Assembly: GCF_964204865.1 (NCBI RefSeq)
Contig: NC_135257.1
Span: 11,842,001-11,906,000 of the forward strand
Direction: 5' to 3'
DNA length: 64,000 nucleotides
Source: Styela clava
Lineage: Eukaryota
Shown: in pieces, positions 12,301-27,300 of the stretch
How positions within the stretch are numbered: the stretch's first letter is position 1
Layout of the letters: each line of letters begins with the position of its first letter
Translations under genes and position numbers: made by a program
Notes under the pieces: generated by a model
Database searches by the model: none
The model's input: only the letters and a program-made list of their open reading frames with translations
What the model was told of the DNA's origin: nothing

Positions 12301-15300
12301 CTTACCAAATACCGGTAGTCGGTTATAGTCCCTTTGCGTCTGACCGTACCGGTGTCCGGTAGCCATGCAATCACTCATGAAAGAATGGGAGATACGGATA
12401 GTCTCGTAGAATATAGACTACTGAGACACTCTCTGCGCCTGCCCCATACCGTACAGACGTAACGTACCGATCCAGACAAATGATAAATCGCCCGTGCTCA
12501 ACCATTTATTTCAATCCATACCTCGATCCTAGTAGAATATAGTGAGTCGAGGTATGAATTGAAATAAATGGTTGAGCAAGGGCGATTTATCATTTGTCTG
12601 GATCGGTACGTTACGGCTGTACGGTATGGAGCAGGCGCAGAGAGTGTTTCAGTAGTCTATATTCTACGAGACTATCCGTATCTCCCATTCTTTCATGAGT
12701 GATTGCATGGTCAGACGGTACCGTACCGACATCGCACAAGTGTGCAGACAACTGAGCAGTTAAGCAGCATTTTCCAATTAAATTACCTTCTACACGTAAA
12801 AACAAATTTTCGTATTCAATTCTATATTCTCTTATCAATATTATAATTATATTGCTTGTGGTTGAACTTGTAGCATGAAGAATTTATAGAATATTTTCAG
12901 GTTGAATTTATTAAATATTGCTCATGAAAATTAGTAGTGAGTTAGAAACCCAGGAAACACATTTGTGCGTGTAGGATTAAGCCTGACAACGTTGGTCCCA
13001 AGCAGCATCAAATTTTCTAAAAATAAAAACGCGTGACAACGATGGGCCACGAGGCGGACCATCGTTGTCAACCTTTTTATTTTCTTTTTATCTAATTTTT
13101 TTTTTTATTTTTTTTAATTTTTTTTTTTTTTTTTTTTTTTTTCAATTTTTTTTTTTAATTCTAAGTTTTTTTTCATTGTTTTTTTTTTCAATTATTTTTA
13201 TGTTTTTTCGCAACTATTTTTTTATTTTCGCTTTTTCATTTCATTTTTTCATTTTTTTTTTAATTTTACGCGTGACAACGATGGGCCACCATAAATAACC
13301 AACATACCCTTCTGTAAACTTGAACTCCATCTTTCGTGTATTTGAGCAAGTCAGAAGCAAGATCTGCTGCTAATGCTGGGAATCTAGGAGATAAAAATTT
13401 CCAAAATTAGTTCAATAAAAAAACTTGGATGAGATTGACAAAACAATGGTTCATGACAGAACTAGAGGACAAAATGGCTCTTTTCGCAATCAAGTCCATA
13501 ACTGGTTCAGGTATTTTAGGAAAGACCGTGGCACATGGTTCGCCATTTTATTTGCTGTCTCACCAATTCTTGTCACCTTCGAATAAATAGGATAGGATCC
13601 ACATATTTAGCCAGTTTTTGGAAGCATGGATTTGACGATGGAGGAAGCCGCAACCGACCTGAGGTTACATGAACCACCCTACAGCGGCGAGAATACAGCA
13701 ATCCTCTTGCACATAACTATCCCCACATGGGATTCGAACCTGCGAACCCATGCAGAGGTGTGGTGGCGAGCGTAATCCCAACGCTTGGCACAATGCGCTA
13801 CACCGTAGCCGAGAAAAATCTTTTCGTAAATGTTTGAAAACCTGTGATGACAGCATATGAACTAACCACTCTGCCTTCATATTTACTTCTGGAGATGAAG
13901 TAGAAGGATGGCTTGGATTGTAAGTTTATATTAGAAGCTGATGGAATCTCTATGTAATTAAATCAACATACCTTGAAATAAAATCTTGCATAACACAAGG
14001 TTGAAGATGACTTTCTCGATGCGTCATGAAATTTTCTAATGCATCCTTGTATATCTTCTGTATTCTTTGAACATCAACAACCCCAGTACCTTGATCTTCC
14101 CTGTAATGTAATCATAAAAAATCATGTGTTTCTGTTTGGGCAATATTTGTGCAATTTCGGCTGGTTTGTCTTTGCACTTTTCGTATAGTTACATTGTATA
14201 TGAAGGAAAACTGAAAATAATTAAAGACATCAAAACAAGTGAATTTCCATTTTTCATAACAATATCTACCATAATATTCACAGTTTTTCACTGTTTTTGG
14301 AAGGTTTTTGCTGGTCTTTTCACAGTTTTTTACTGTTCTTGCACATGACTTGACAACAGTCACATAGGAAACTGGTCATGCAGGGTGCCTAGTACTATCA
14401 GACACATCCCACCTGCATCGAGCTTTGATGCTTGTTTCGACTTGGCAACTAACTTATATCAATGACAATTTTCCTAATAAGATGAAAAAATAGTAATTTT
14501 GGCTTTCCAAAATGTATTATTTATTATTTTGTTTTATTAAGCCCCATTTCCTTATGTTATAGACAGTCATTAAATAGTATATGCCAAATAAAAGGATTTT
14601 TTAATGCAATTGATTAAAGAATAAAAATTGAGCGATTGTTTATTTTTGAGAACCGGTTTCATAACTCGTGTTCCAGGAACATCTCAATGATAAATTACTA
14701 AACAATTTAGAGAAAATTAACTGTATGAGCACTATGAGCACAACTGTGAATAAGGTCTAATAGTTGTTTTATTGTAAATAACAAACTTACCCTTCTTTGG
14801 GTGAATTTCCACTTAGAACACGAACAAGGAACAAGCAGCAATCTGATGCAAGTTGACACATAAAAACACTTTGTGCCTTCTTTGCTATTCCCATCATGGC
14901 CTCAATATCATCATGACAACGTGAGATAGTCTCTGGCTGAAGATGTTTTGGATATCTCTTCATCTTGCAGATCTTGACTCTGTGTAGAAAAATTTATGAC
15001 AACCGATAGACAATGATGATATGTATAAGTTCATGGATGTTTTGAGGGGCGTGAAGCTAATTAAAAATAAAAATATTTGTTAGATGTAATCTTGCCCGCC
15101 TTATTCTGGATATTTACATTTACCGGCATTTCAACGTTTTTGTTTGAATAAAACATGCTTTCGCCTTACTATCTGTTACTTGTTCCTCTAGCTAGCTATT
15201 TTTGAGTTGGTGCCAGAGACTTGACAAATTTTAAAAAGGGGGCGGCCTAAAAAGTTTGAAAACTACTGATGAAGATATTGAAAAAGCCTATATTTGATAT

Positions 15301-18300
15301 ATTGGTACAAGTTGTTTCATTATTCTCACTACAACTAAAGCTTTGGGCGAGCACACACAGGAAAGTAGAGAACTCCAATTATTGTGGATCTTTTGATTAT
15401 AACATACCTAATTTATTACACAATGGTAAAGGTGGTGGGCGTAACATATGAACCATACATCTTTAATAATCAGTGATATCTATGATATGGTAACTAATTT
15501 TGTTCGCCTACTTTACAGCAATTTGTGTAAAGGAACTGAAACCTATGGGCAGAGGGTATATTCACTTGGCTAACACAGACAGTCTCCGAACTTGTAATAG
15601 AACTAAAATATTCTCAGTTTAACCAAAAAGCTTAATTAAGGAAAATCAGAATAAAATTATGGCCTAACCCTAACATGGTACATATACTATGGGAGTACCA
15701 TGGAATTATATATTTTGTTGCAAAAAATAACAAGTCAGCAATTTTGTGAGTAAATAGTGAATGTACATCGCCATACACAAGTGGTAATCCTTCACAAATC
15801 GTAATTCTTTACAAGTCGTAAATTCCTCTAATTAGGGGAAGTTTTTAAAGTTTTAAGGGGAAGATCATATGCCAGAAGATTACTCACATTGCTAGCTTAC
15901 AAATATTAAATAACAATACTGATAAAACAAAATATTGTGTTTTGTGCTATAATTAGGCCAAATGAATGCAATGTAACCAATTCGCTCAGAATTCTCAGCA
16001 TAAAATAATTTTCTATTTAATGTTGAACAATGAGATCACAATTAACCTTAGAATTTACCAGAACGCATTCCATAAAGATGTAAGAAAACTTTGCATATGT
16101 AATAACAAGTCAAATATCATAATTATAATGACGTATATATATGCGTCAACAAAAGTCAAACGACGTTCAGTGGAATTAATAGAGTTTAAGAAACATCACA
16201 GAAGATTGCAGTATTATTGATCGATGACGCATTAAACAATTGGCAGAATATTATATGTCACATGTTTAATTGCACAACTTCTTGGAATTTCATTCTATTT
16301 TTAATCAAGCTGCAGATCGGAGGACAATAAAACGTGATTCGATTTCCAACACCTATATATAAGTATCTGGTAAATTTTTGCGCTCGCATTTAAATTTGTA
16401 GGAATTATGCCATTGTATTTAATATTACGAAAATAAATAACTATATTGTGGTAGAAAAGAGATTTCAGAATAAAACAATATGTAGCGCTAGACTAACTTG
16501 TCAAATTTTAGTGTTCAGTTCAGATAGATAAGATGCCAAGAGGATTAATTGTTTTTACATAGTATATTGATAGGGGAACTCAAATTGGAATGCATAATAG
16601 TTGTACGTATATGAACAATTCGTATTTATATAGGTTTGAAAATGATTGATCGTCCTAATTGATTGAATAAAAGTCCAATATTAAGTTCAAGTATATGTGC
16701 TCATATAATTTCTGTAGGTTTTGTAGGTTAAGTTCTTCAGAAGTTATGAGATAGTTATATGAGAAAAAAATAGAATGATAGTCAATACTCAAAAAGAAAA
16801 GTGAATATAGTAAATTTACTCTATACTTAAATATTAACCAAAATTATTTATTAATTATTTATTAACATATAAATTTTAATCTTATGCATATTTTCTGAAA
16901 AGTATTTTTGTAAGCATTCAAACAAAGGATTTGCAGTTTCTATTCATTCAGAAGTCATTGTAAACATCGAAAACTGTAAAGAAAAGTGTTTTGACAAACT
17001 AATATTTATTTCGTGAGATAAAATATCAAAGATGCTATATGACAAAAAGCCATACAATAATGCTTGATTAGAACTCAAATTCGAAGAGAATTCCGCAAAA
17101 TATCACTATATTATAACATTTAAAAATCAAAATTCAAAAATTTTTGACGTTGTTTTGAATAACAATTTTTGTAAATTTACATATTATATCATTAAATGTT
17201 ACAAATAATGCAAAAAATGCATTCAGTTAATCAGGAATGAACTTGCATTGATTCAACTTTTTTGTTTTCAATCGGATAATATAAATTTGAATATTATTTA
17301 ACCACGGTATATAAATTGCACAGAATATCAATAGCATACTTATTGATAAGGAAACTCGCGCATGGTTTTCATGTCTGGAACGAAATCTATTAATCTATTC
17401 TGTATAGTATTGAAGTAAAAAAGAACGAAAAATCAGACATTGCAGCAATGACAAAACGTGACAGATTAGTTGTGTATTGGGAAAGTTGGAAACACAATGC
17501 AGTAAACTTAGGAAATTTAATGTCTAGGAAAATTCTATAATAGGTCAAATGGTATAAAAAGTAAACTAGTAAAAGTACTATGATAAAAAGTAGTGTTCAA
17601 ATTAGACAGATCAGAGGAATTTCTAAGATTATGACATTAGAAAAGTAAGCTATGCGTCCAGGGATGCCAGAAACCAAATACTTTACGATTCAGAATTCAA
17701 TATCAAATCATATTTTTGAGTATGTAATGTCCAATATAAATTATAAAATGGGTTATAAATAATAGAATTAATTTTTGTAAAGTAATAAAGAAGAATTTGG
17801 TCAAAGTAGAATAATTGAGATAAACATTGTTATGATTTCTATTTATATCAATTCAAAAGTTAAATGAAGTCTATTGTCAAACAGTCAAAATGACAAATTT
17901 TTCGAATAGAACCATATTAATTAAATTATTACTAAAGTCAGAAATTTTAATACAGAATTAGTTTCGTGTTGGTTTAAATATTCGATTCATTTCAAACATC
18001 ACTAATATAGAACTCTCTGGATGAAAAAAAGTTAAATAGGAATTTTAGAACATCTCTGCACGATAAAATAAGCACATCTACAGTATTCCAAATTTAGGTG
18101 TAACATGATGAGACGGCATCCATTAAAATATAAATTATTAGGCAATAGCATATGTGACAATGAGTTCTCGTTATAAAAGTTTGATTAATATAGCATAAAC
18201 AGCTAATGTGCAAACTGCTGTCATTTAGATAAATACCAGTACTGATTTGCTTTCATGTTTAATCGTTTGATCATTTGTTTTTCTACAAATCACAAGAATC

Positions 18301-21300
18301 AGGTGGAAGTAAATACAACTGTAAAATAAAAAATATTTTCGCATCTTCGAAGTTTTTATAAATGGACTAAACAAAAGTCCAGTGTTCTTATATAAGTTGC
18401 AAATGTAAGAGTTTGTACGAAAATTTTCAAAGGTGTGGCTGTCATGTCGCTCATTTATAGAATGGATTGTTGTTTAATTGTTTGATTAAGCAAACAATAT
18501 TAAATTGGAAATCTTTCTCTGAGTGATGAATGTGTCGGTATGCTGATAAGAATTTCTGATATGTTATTATGAATTGGTGAAAAACTGCTCTGAAAAAATA
18601 AATTCGAATTATCCCTTGCCCATGTATGGCCACGCTCGCCTATAATTAAAACTAATACTTTTTTCTCACAAAAACATTCGATAATATATATAAAAATTGA
18701 ATCATATATGTCTAAAACAATTCTCGCTTCTCGTACTCTTTTGCTTGACTAATTTTGTTTCAACAGCTGGCTAAATAAATAAAAATAAACTTTAAAGTAT
18801 TATAAATAGTCTTGAAGATATTTGGCACTGAACTTTTGCATGACTGAAAACTCATGTATGAATTGTTATTATTCAATATAGTTTTAACAACTTTTAATTT
18901 GCCAAGAAAAAGACATCAAGAAACACTTACAACGTAAAAAACAAACACTGTTGCATTGCACGCTATTAAAACTTATGTAAAATTGGATACGAGTACCAAC
19001 TATACCGTACAATGAAAAATTATTATAAAAGTTGATTAATGGCTTTTTGGTTAGAAGCTCAAATAGCTCAAATTATGTTCATGCCGTTTACCTGGGTGTG
19101 ATAAATTGGGTAGGTAATTAGGTAGGAAAAGCAATTGTATTTAAAAAATTGTTATATGAAGTAATATATCATGCATGTGCTTGTATATTTATGTACATAC
19201 GTACAATAATTGGAGTAAAAGTTTGTTTTATGATTTATTATTTTGGAGTTGACCTTTGAAGTCGAATGAAGTGTTTTTTTTATCTGACAATAAGATGTCA
19301 AAAGCAAATTTTCAGATGCAATCATTCAAAAATATTCCTAAATTATGGGATTTTCAAATGGACACTACTAATTGATTCTTTATGGTCATGCATGGACCAA
19401 TGACAGATCATATTTTGGTACTCCCGTTTGGTGTACCAGATTAGAGTTAGGCCATAACTTAATTCCGATTTTGCTTATTTTAGTTGATTACGAGTTCAGA
19501 GGCTGTCTGTGTTAGCCAAGTGAATATACCCCATAGGTTTTAATCCCTTGACAAAACTTGATGTAAAGTAGGCGAACAAAATTAATTACCTCCATATTTG
19601 TACACATACTTCTGGAGCGCTCATATTTTATCTAATTTTATGTTTGATAATGGATTTATTTTCGCAAGACCACATGAAAGCACTTCAACAATCTTAAGCC
19701 AATCCAGAATAGACAAGAAATTGATGTTATTTTTATTAATCCATGTAAACACACATTCAGACAACAAACCAAACAATAAATATTGTGTGGTCATCTATTT
19801 ATTCTATTTGAAGTGGACAATGTAACACTTTGTAAAATAACATTTCATCAGACGGTTTATTTGTAAAGGCATTCCTTGACGAAAATTCAAATAAATGTCT
19901 CCAAAAATTAGGTCGGAGATTGTGAACATTGAATATATTTTGTAAAATAAGTATTGGTTCTATTTTGCGTAACCATTCGAAACAAATAGTTGTGTAGGTG
20001 TGAGTTTGATTCATTGGTATATGACATCAATTTAATATGTTATATGCTATATTTGTCAAACATATATTGCCATATAAATAAGGAGTATGAGCTGTGGTAT
20101 TTTTAGTTTTTCGATAAAACTATGACTGAATATAGGTGGTTCAGGTAGAAAATGCTGCAATTTTTTCTTTTTCAAATTTTTGATTCTGGGACTTCAGATA
20201 ATTTGAATTACACTCATAGTGTTATATTTAGTACAATAATTGGTAATTGAAAAGGCTAAGATTGAAATATCATAAGGAGTCATAGCTATAATGAATGTCA
20301 TTTATGTAGGTCATGAGTGTGTGTGTGTCCAGTAGTCTATTAAGATTTGTACATATATAAAATTGAAAGTAAACGAAAGGACAACAAATGCGACTAGATT
20401 TTTGTGTTCAATAGCAAAAACACACAGAAAAAATATTTACTACAATTTAATTGTATTCAAATAAGAATTGCCAAGCCTGAGCTATAGATAATTTATGATT
20501 CATCAACGGGATATGTTTGAAGAAGGATTATTTTATTACATTCAACAAGAACCTACAATGACCATGTCTTTTCAATAATAATGGGTGATTAGAAAATTAT
20601 ACAACAAGATTTTTGTTCGAAGTTTAAATTTCCAGATGTTGGATAGTTTTCGGACCATTTTCCCATAATTTTTTCAAGTGGTTCTAAATGTTTACATGGT
20701 TGATTCTAAGTACAACAAAACTAGAAACCAAATAAACAAAATTTTCAGGGTTTTCCTCATTTTGGAGATCCATCATGATATGTACAATTTCCTCAGACGT
20801 CAAATGCAATTCAAACTTTCCTATTGACTTGTGAAAACAACTAGTTTCGGGCATTTTGGAATAGAATTTCACGTAAAGAAGAAATGTAAAAACTGTACAA
20901 TCTCCGAGAATTCAGACTAAGTAAAGTTTGGATTTATAGTTTATGATTGGTAACACATAGCAGAATCATAGGTTGAATATATTATGTTACATGCAATTGT
21001 AGTCAGCTGGAATATAGAAAGGTATTGATCTTAGGCATTTAGGACACGCTTTTGTTTTTGTATTAATATCATTGAAGAGAGATGAGTTATTAAAAATATT
21101 TTAATCAACAGTTGTTGATATTATTTGGCCAAAAAAACAGTTTTTGAATATGATATTTGATGAATGTATTTAAGCAAAGAAGTCAGGTATACCGGGACAG
21201 GGAATCAATTTTGCTACATATTTATACCAGACATTGAACATTTTTACTAGATTTAAGAATTACCTTTTATTGAAGAGTAAATATTCAAATTGAGTATAAT

Positions 21301-24300
21301 ATTTAACAGCATTGTCACTCAGGAAAATAAAATTTTATTATGCATTACGCAAATCATCAATTTATACTCCATATTGAATAGGATTTCTGGCATATTAGCT
21401 CTCTCATTGGGCATCTTCTCTAGTTATAAAAATTCAACCATATGTAATTTTATTGAGACATTGTAAAACAAATTTATTTAAGAGTAAATTATACATTCAC
21501 CAGTATATTGCAAGAAATTTAAGCAAATTTATACTTGAATTGAAAATCAAGGTAAAGCATTGTTCAAATATGCTTTGAAAACGGATCATTGTTAAGTCAC
21601 AATGAAACTAGATTTTGAGTAAACAACTACTAATAGTACTGACAGTAGTACTGTACAATAAAATATGATGGTTCACATTCATTTGTGTAATAGATACATG
21701 CTTTCATTCTGATTTGAAAGAGTACACAAAAGCATTTCTGTATTAATCAAAGATCACACAAAATCGTGGATTAACAAATACATATTATCATACATAGCCC
21801 AGAGGCTTCATTTAAGAATGTATGCAACACTTCAAGTGCTTCTGTAGTTTTATAAGTTTTATTTAATAAACCACAGTAAAGCACAAACTAAAGCACTTGG
21901 CTTTAATTATAATAGCAGTGGATTTTTCGGTACGCAGTAATATAAGTTGCGTTTAAAAGATACGCATGTTGTGATGGAAACACCTACATACAAAATCTGT
22001 AAGCATGGTGGTTTCTGCCATTGAGTTCCAGTTTAGTGTGACAAGGTTTCAGTATTGTGTAGATGGGTGTGAGGTAATATTAACAATCAGTCAGCTATAT
22101 AAGAATAACTGCTGAGTTAAGCTGTTAATTACATTTCTGGTTGGCGCGTTAACAACGCGAATTCCAGAGGGTGTGATATTTAGTAACACTATTGGTTAGT
22201 AGTGATCTAGGTCAATCAGAATAATGGAACATTAATCTAATGTAATTGCTTAGCAGAAGCATTCATCAATGTTTACATTTATTCTTAGGTGAATATAAAT
22301 ATTAATTTATGAAATTTGGGACTTAAGACAAAAAATTTTCTTTATGATTGGATTTAATAATAATTAGGTAGTAAAAATGGGGAATACACCGTCAAGAAAA
22401 AACAGAAAACTCGAGAAAGCGATCCAAGCAAGGAAATTGAAAAGAGTAAAGAGGTGGCTGATGAAAGGTAAATGCTTTTTATGAATTTTATTTATACAAC
22501 CCTAATTCTTCCTGGTTTTCACCCTGAACAAGATCCTTTACATGCACCACTGATATTTAACGATGTGTAAGGAGTTACTATTTTTCGGAAGCAACCAAAG
22601 CTTTCCAGTTCGGCATTGCCTGCCTATTTATAATAACCTGGGTGCGAAAGGGATTTGTGCCCAAATATACATTTTATTTGCTATTCCACAGCAAAATTAC
22701 GATATATTCGAAATTTCAACCTATAAATTCTGACATTACTCATAATTCACAGCAAAAATAAAAAATTTTACAAAAAAATCTGAACTTTCGAAATCCCAGG
22801 AAGTCTCCTAATAAATAGCATCAATAAAATCTGGTATTAAATACTTAACAGGTGCAGATCCAAACTCATACAGCAAGAAATCAAACTACTCGTTATTAAG
22901 CATGGCTATTACATTACGAGAAGAAGCTCTGGTGAGTAGCAATTAGAATTAAATACTACATAAATATTTGGGTCATAGGGCATTTTTTACAAGAAATAGC
23001 CTACTGCAATTTTTCAAAATAACTTAATAGGATAAGTAAAGTAGTGAATGTTCCATTTGAAATAGGTGACAAACAGCAGCCTATGTCTCGCCAATGCTGC
23101 ATTCTACAATATAGTGAAATGAAATTACTCAGATGCATTTTACCATTATAGACAACAAAGATACTGAAAAAAAACTATCTCCTTTAAAACTAAAATATTA
23201 CATATATTATAAAGATTTTGATAAAAAAAATTAGACAAATTTATATTTGTATACAAAGACTGAATTTAAAGAAGTAGCACAGGATTCTATCTAGTTTTTA
23301 TGCTTTTTGACAATTGAATCTGCCTGTAATCTGCCTATCAAGATTACAATACTTTTAAATATAGGTCACTGCATTGATACAATATGGAGCAAATCCGGAC
23401 CAAAAATCTTGGCTGACGACAGGCAAGGGAACTTTACAAAGAAAACAAGCAAATGATGATGAATATCCTATTCATATAGCAGCATCACATGGCAGTGAAA
23501 AGATAATGAAGGTAAAGGGAACTAAAAACAAAAATAAACAAGGTCGAAGTCTAAAAGTAACAGTTGTTAAGGGAAAGGTATAAAAAAACTGTATTATCTC
23601 AAACTCGAACCCTAACATACTGACTTTTGATCATTTTGTCTATTTATGATTAAAACAATTAGTGTCGGTTACAAATAAGGTTATTGTCAAATGATGAAAT
23701 GTATTGAAATATATTTAAGGCCCTATTCTTGCCACAACCCAGCTGCAGTTAACTATTTTTTCTATTGAAAATTAGACCACCATTCTCTAAATTTTGAGTG
23801 ATAATGCTCCATCCTTTTGACATCTAGAAAATACTAACTTAATTTTACATGCATATATCTCTAAAAATAGGGCTCCATATGTGGTTTCAATACAGTATTA
23901 ATTCCTCTTTAACATGTTCAGAAGCCTAGAAATTATATTTTTATTTCAGGCACTTCTGAATTCAACAATAGATATTAATATTGGACAAGACCATAAGTTG
24001 GGAACAGCACTTCATCAGGCATCAAGATTTGGACATTCAAAGGTAAGACGATTTCTTAGACAAAAGATGGTGGGATTAGAATCAAAGTATAGTTGAAAAT
24101 GGATTGGGTATACCAAGGGCTGATTATATTGCGACCGACCACGATTTCTACTGAACCAAAACCGATGTATAAGAGTGGTTCCCAAACCCCGGCCCGTCTA
24201 ACGATTTAATATAGTCATCCAAACTCAAGTGAACTAGCTTGACACTTTGTTTTCAATTGTTATGTCATTATCACAGTTTGAGCATGTGGCACGTTAGCTT

Positions 24301-27300
24301 AATTATACATACCGGTACTGGTATTTGTCCCTTGCGGGTGCTCCCCTATCCTGGCCCGCGAATATCCTTATGTTTGTGATTTTTGCCACCGGTCAATCAA
24401 CTTAGGGAACCACTGCCTTATAACTACTACTCACTACAGAAAATTTAGTTAACACTGTCATTTTCATAGATAGTAATAAAATGATGAGCACATGTTAAAA
24501 TGCAATTTGGCTGATCCTGGTTTTTCTAATGATTTAAAACTTAAACTACAATCCAATTACATTTCTTATCAAGACTTTTTTTCTGAACTGATTAAAATTA
24601 ACAAAATAATTAATTTTGGTATGAACTATTCTCCTACCTCCTCGCATACCCCTGACTGTTTGCATATTTACGTGTAGATTTCAGTCCCAAAGATATTTAC
24701 CACTTTATGTTTAACTGAATGTAATCTTGATTAATATATCTCTACAGCTTGCTGAACTTCTCCTCATGAATGGTGCTGATATAATTGGTATAGACAGCAG
24801 ATTAAACATGCCACTACATGTTGCAGCTACTTATGGACAAACTAAAGTTGCTGAAGTTTTACTACGGTACGGTAGTCCTGTGAATATATCAAATATGAAA
24901 AACTGTACTCCTTTGCATTATGCTTCATCAGAAGGTGCAGTCTCTATGGTAAGATTACTTCTAAAACATGGAGGAAATCCAAAAGCAAAAGACGGTGCGG
25001 GAAGCACACCAACAGACTTGGCAAAATCGGAACATGTGTTGGAAGTTTTTCTAGAACACGCAGTAAATAATCCAGATGAAGATGAAGTATTTAGCGGTGA
25101 AGATACAGACGCTAATAGCAAAACACTAAATCAAACAGGGCCTCCTAAACCAGCAAGAACTTTTGCTTTATCTTCTTCTGCACTGAAAGGTAGCTTTGTG
25201 AAAAGAGAAAGATCGCATTCACAGGAAATGACATTGGAACCAAAGAGTTCTCAATTGGAAAAATCGAACACTTACAGTAATTTTGGTCACTGGAAAAGAA
25301 ATCGAAAACTTAAAGAAACAAGCGAACAATCAAAAGTAATTGAACAAGCTGAAAATGAACGCAATGACACCGCACACTCAAAATTCCGCAGAACAAAGTC
25401 AACTCCAACGCGAAAGAAGCGAGCAAAACATCAACACCAGATTACTCTAAATGACAACACGCACAGACAAGTTGAAAGATCGATGACTCAGTATGCTATT
25501 GGTAGAAAAATACCTCGTCAGCAAGAAAACATTGCGCAGGAAAAATCTGTAATGAAACCTACAATAGAAAAGAGTAATCAAGACAAAAAATCAGTGACAA
25601 ATTTCAGACGAACAAAATCAACTCCTATCAGAAAGAAGCAAGGAGAGAATACTCAAAACGACAACACGCATAGAAAAGTTGACAGATCATTAACACAATA
25701 TTCTAAAAGTGAAAAAATACCGAAGAAAGAAGAAATCGAACAGGAAAAAGTTGTAAAAAGCCCTATAATGGAAAAGAGTAGTCAAGATGACAAACCAGTG
25801 ACTAATTTTAGACGTACAAAGTCAACTCCCATTAAAAAGAAGCATCGCCATCAAAGAACAAAACCTCAAATCAAGCCCATTAAAGGGACCGTTATACGAG
25901 CAAATTCAGTGCAAATGAAAACACACGAGCCGCTTGAAGTCAAACGCATGTATTCTGTAAGATATGCCAACAATCATTCAAAAAATATGAAAAAACTGCT
26001 AAGTGTATCAGAAGAAGACTTGCCAAAAGTTCACAGGAGATCAAAAAGCGTTCCATCACTATCAAATGAAAATAACAAACAAAACTGTTCTTTCAAAAAC
26101 GAAAAAACCAAGGACCAAACAAAGACAGAGAAAAACAAACCTATTCAATCAGAAACAAACATTGAATCTTCTAGCGCATCAGACACAAGTCAAAATGAAG
26201 TAAAAATCCAAATACATAAACAGAATTATTCCCACTCATTGCAGGATTTGACGGTCATCACAGAGGAGTCGCAGAACGGTGATACCGTAAGAGATGCCAA
26301 TTATAATTTCAAACCAAAACGAAAGGCAAACCGAACGATGTCCGACAGATTTTCAAATCGATTGAACAATATAAAAAATAGTTTTGTAAAGCGAAATCAG
26401 CATAAAAAATTTATAAAACAATAAGCAATTGATTTTTTATATATTTCCCCATTTTTATACATATGTTCATAATTTTTATTTTTTATGGCTTCTAAAAGAC
26501 AAGTTGCAATTTCATTTTAAAAATGTTGTAGATGTACAGGAGTCTTCAATCAACTTTCAGTCAACAAACTAAGTTTCGATTATTTTTAGAGAATCTCTCG
26601 ATTTTCAATTCGACCTCGTAAAATCTAATTTTAGCTATTAAAAACTCTTACAATAAAATTATACATTAAAAAATTAGAAAAAAATAAATAAATTGGCTTA
26701 AATTCTGAATTTGCAAGTAATTCCATATTTTTATGGTTGAGTGTTGAAATGACAAGACTATAAAATTTCAAAATTAGTTTGATCTGTTCATAATGAAATA
26801 GCCAGTGTGTTCCCATTTCATCTAAATTGCTTTGCCTGTTTACAACAACATTTGTCTATGAACTATCCCTCAAAATCATATCTAGCCTAGCGCTACTTTC
26901 CAACTTTAAATATTGTTTATTACTTCGTATATTTTTTGCAATTTTTTCAAGTGTCCTTTTTTCTTCATTTAAGACAGCAATACTTGATAATACACTCACA
27001 TTCCATAAATGTCTTTTGTGTAAGCGAGGTGGAAAGACAGGTAGGTCAAAACACAGATGTTGAGAAGGATATCATCACAAGTTTATGACCTTTAAGGGCA
27101 CAGGACTTTATATAGGTAATTTACGCAATAAAGCAGATTTGAGTTAGCAGAACCTTTTGAGTTATTCAAGTAAAAAAAATCTGGAAATTGATAATCATAA
27201 TATATAAAATTTTTGTAAGTCTCTACTATAGCACCACCTGACTTCATTACCACGTTTGCAACGAATATTTTTGAAGGAACAGAAAAGATTTTTCTAGTCA

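Noticed and set aside
12538-12550. CGACTCACTATA (T7-promoter-like) on the minus strand at the palindrome centre
   Set aside because: Only 12 nt match with no TAATA or vector context; most likely coincidence.
11618-13298. Phe-rich ORFs 11618-11953(-) and 13065-13298(+), and ORF 12611-12838
   Set aside because: These are translations of the low-complexity T-tracts and arms of the foldback element.
13729-13811. tRNA gene
   Set aside because: A B-box is present but I could not fold a clean cloverleaf, and the sequence continues into a repeated body, so it is better explained as a SINE.
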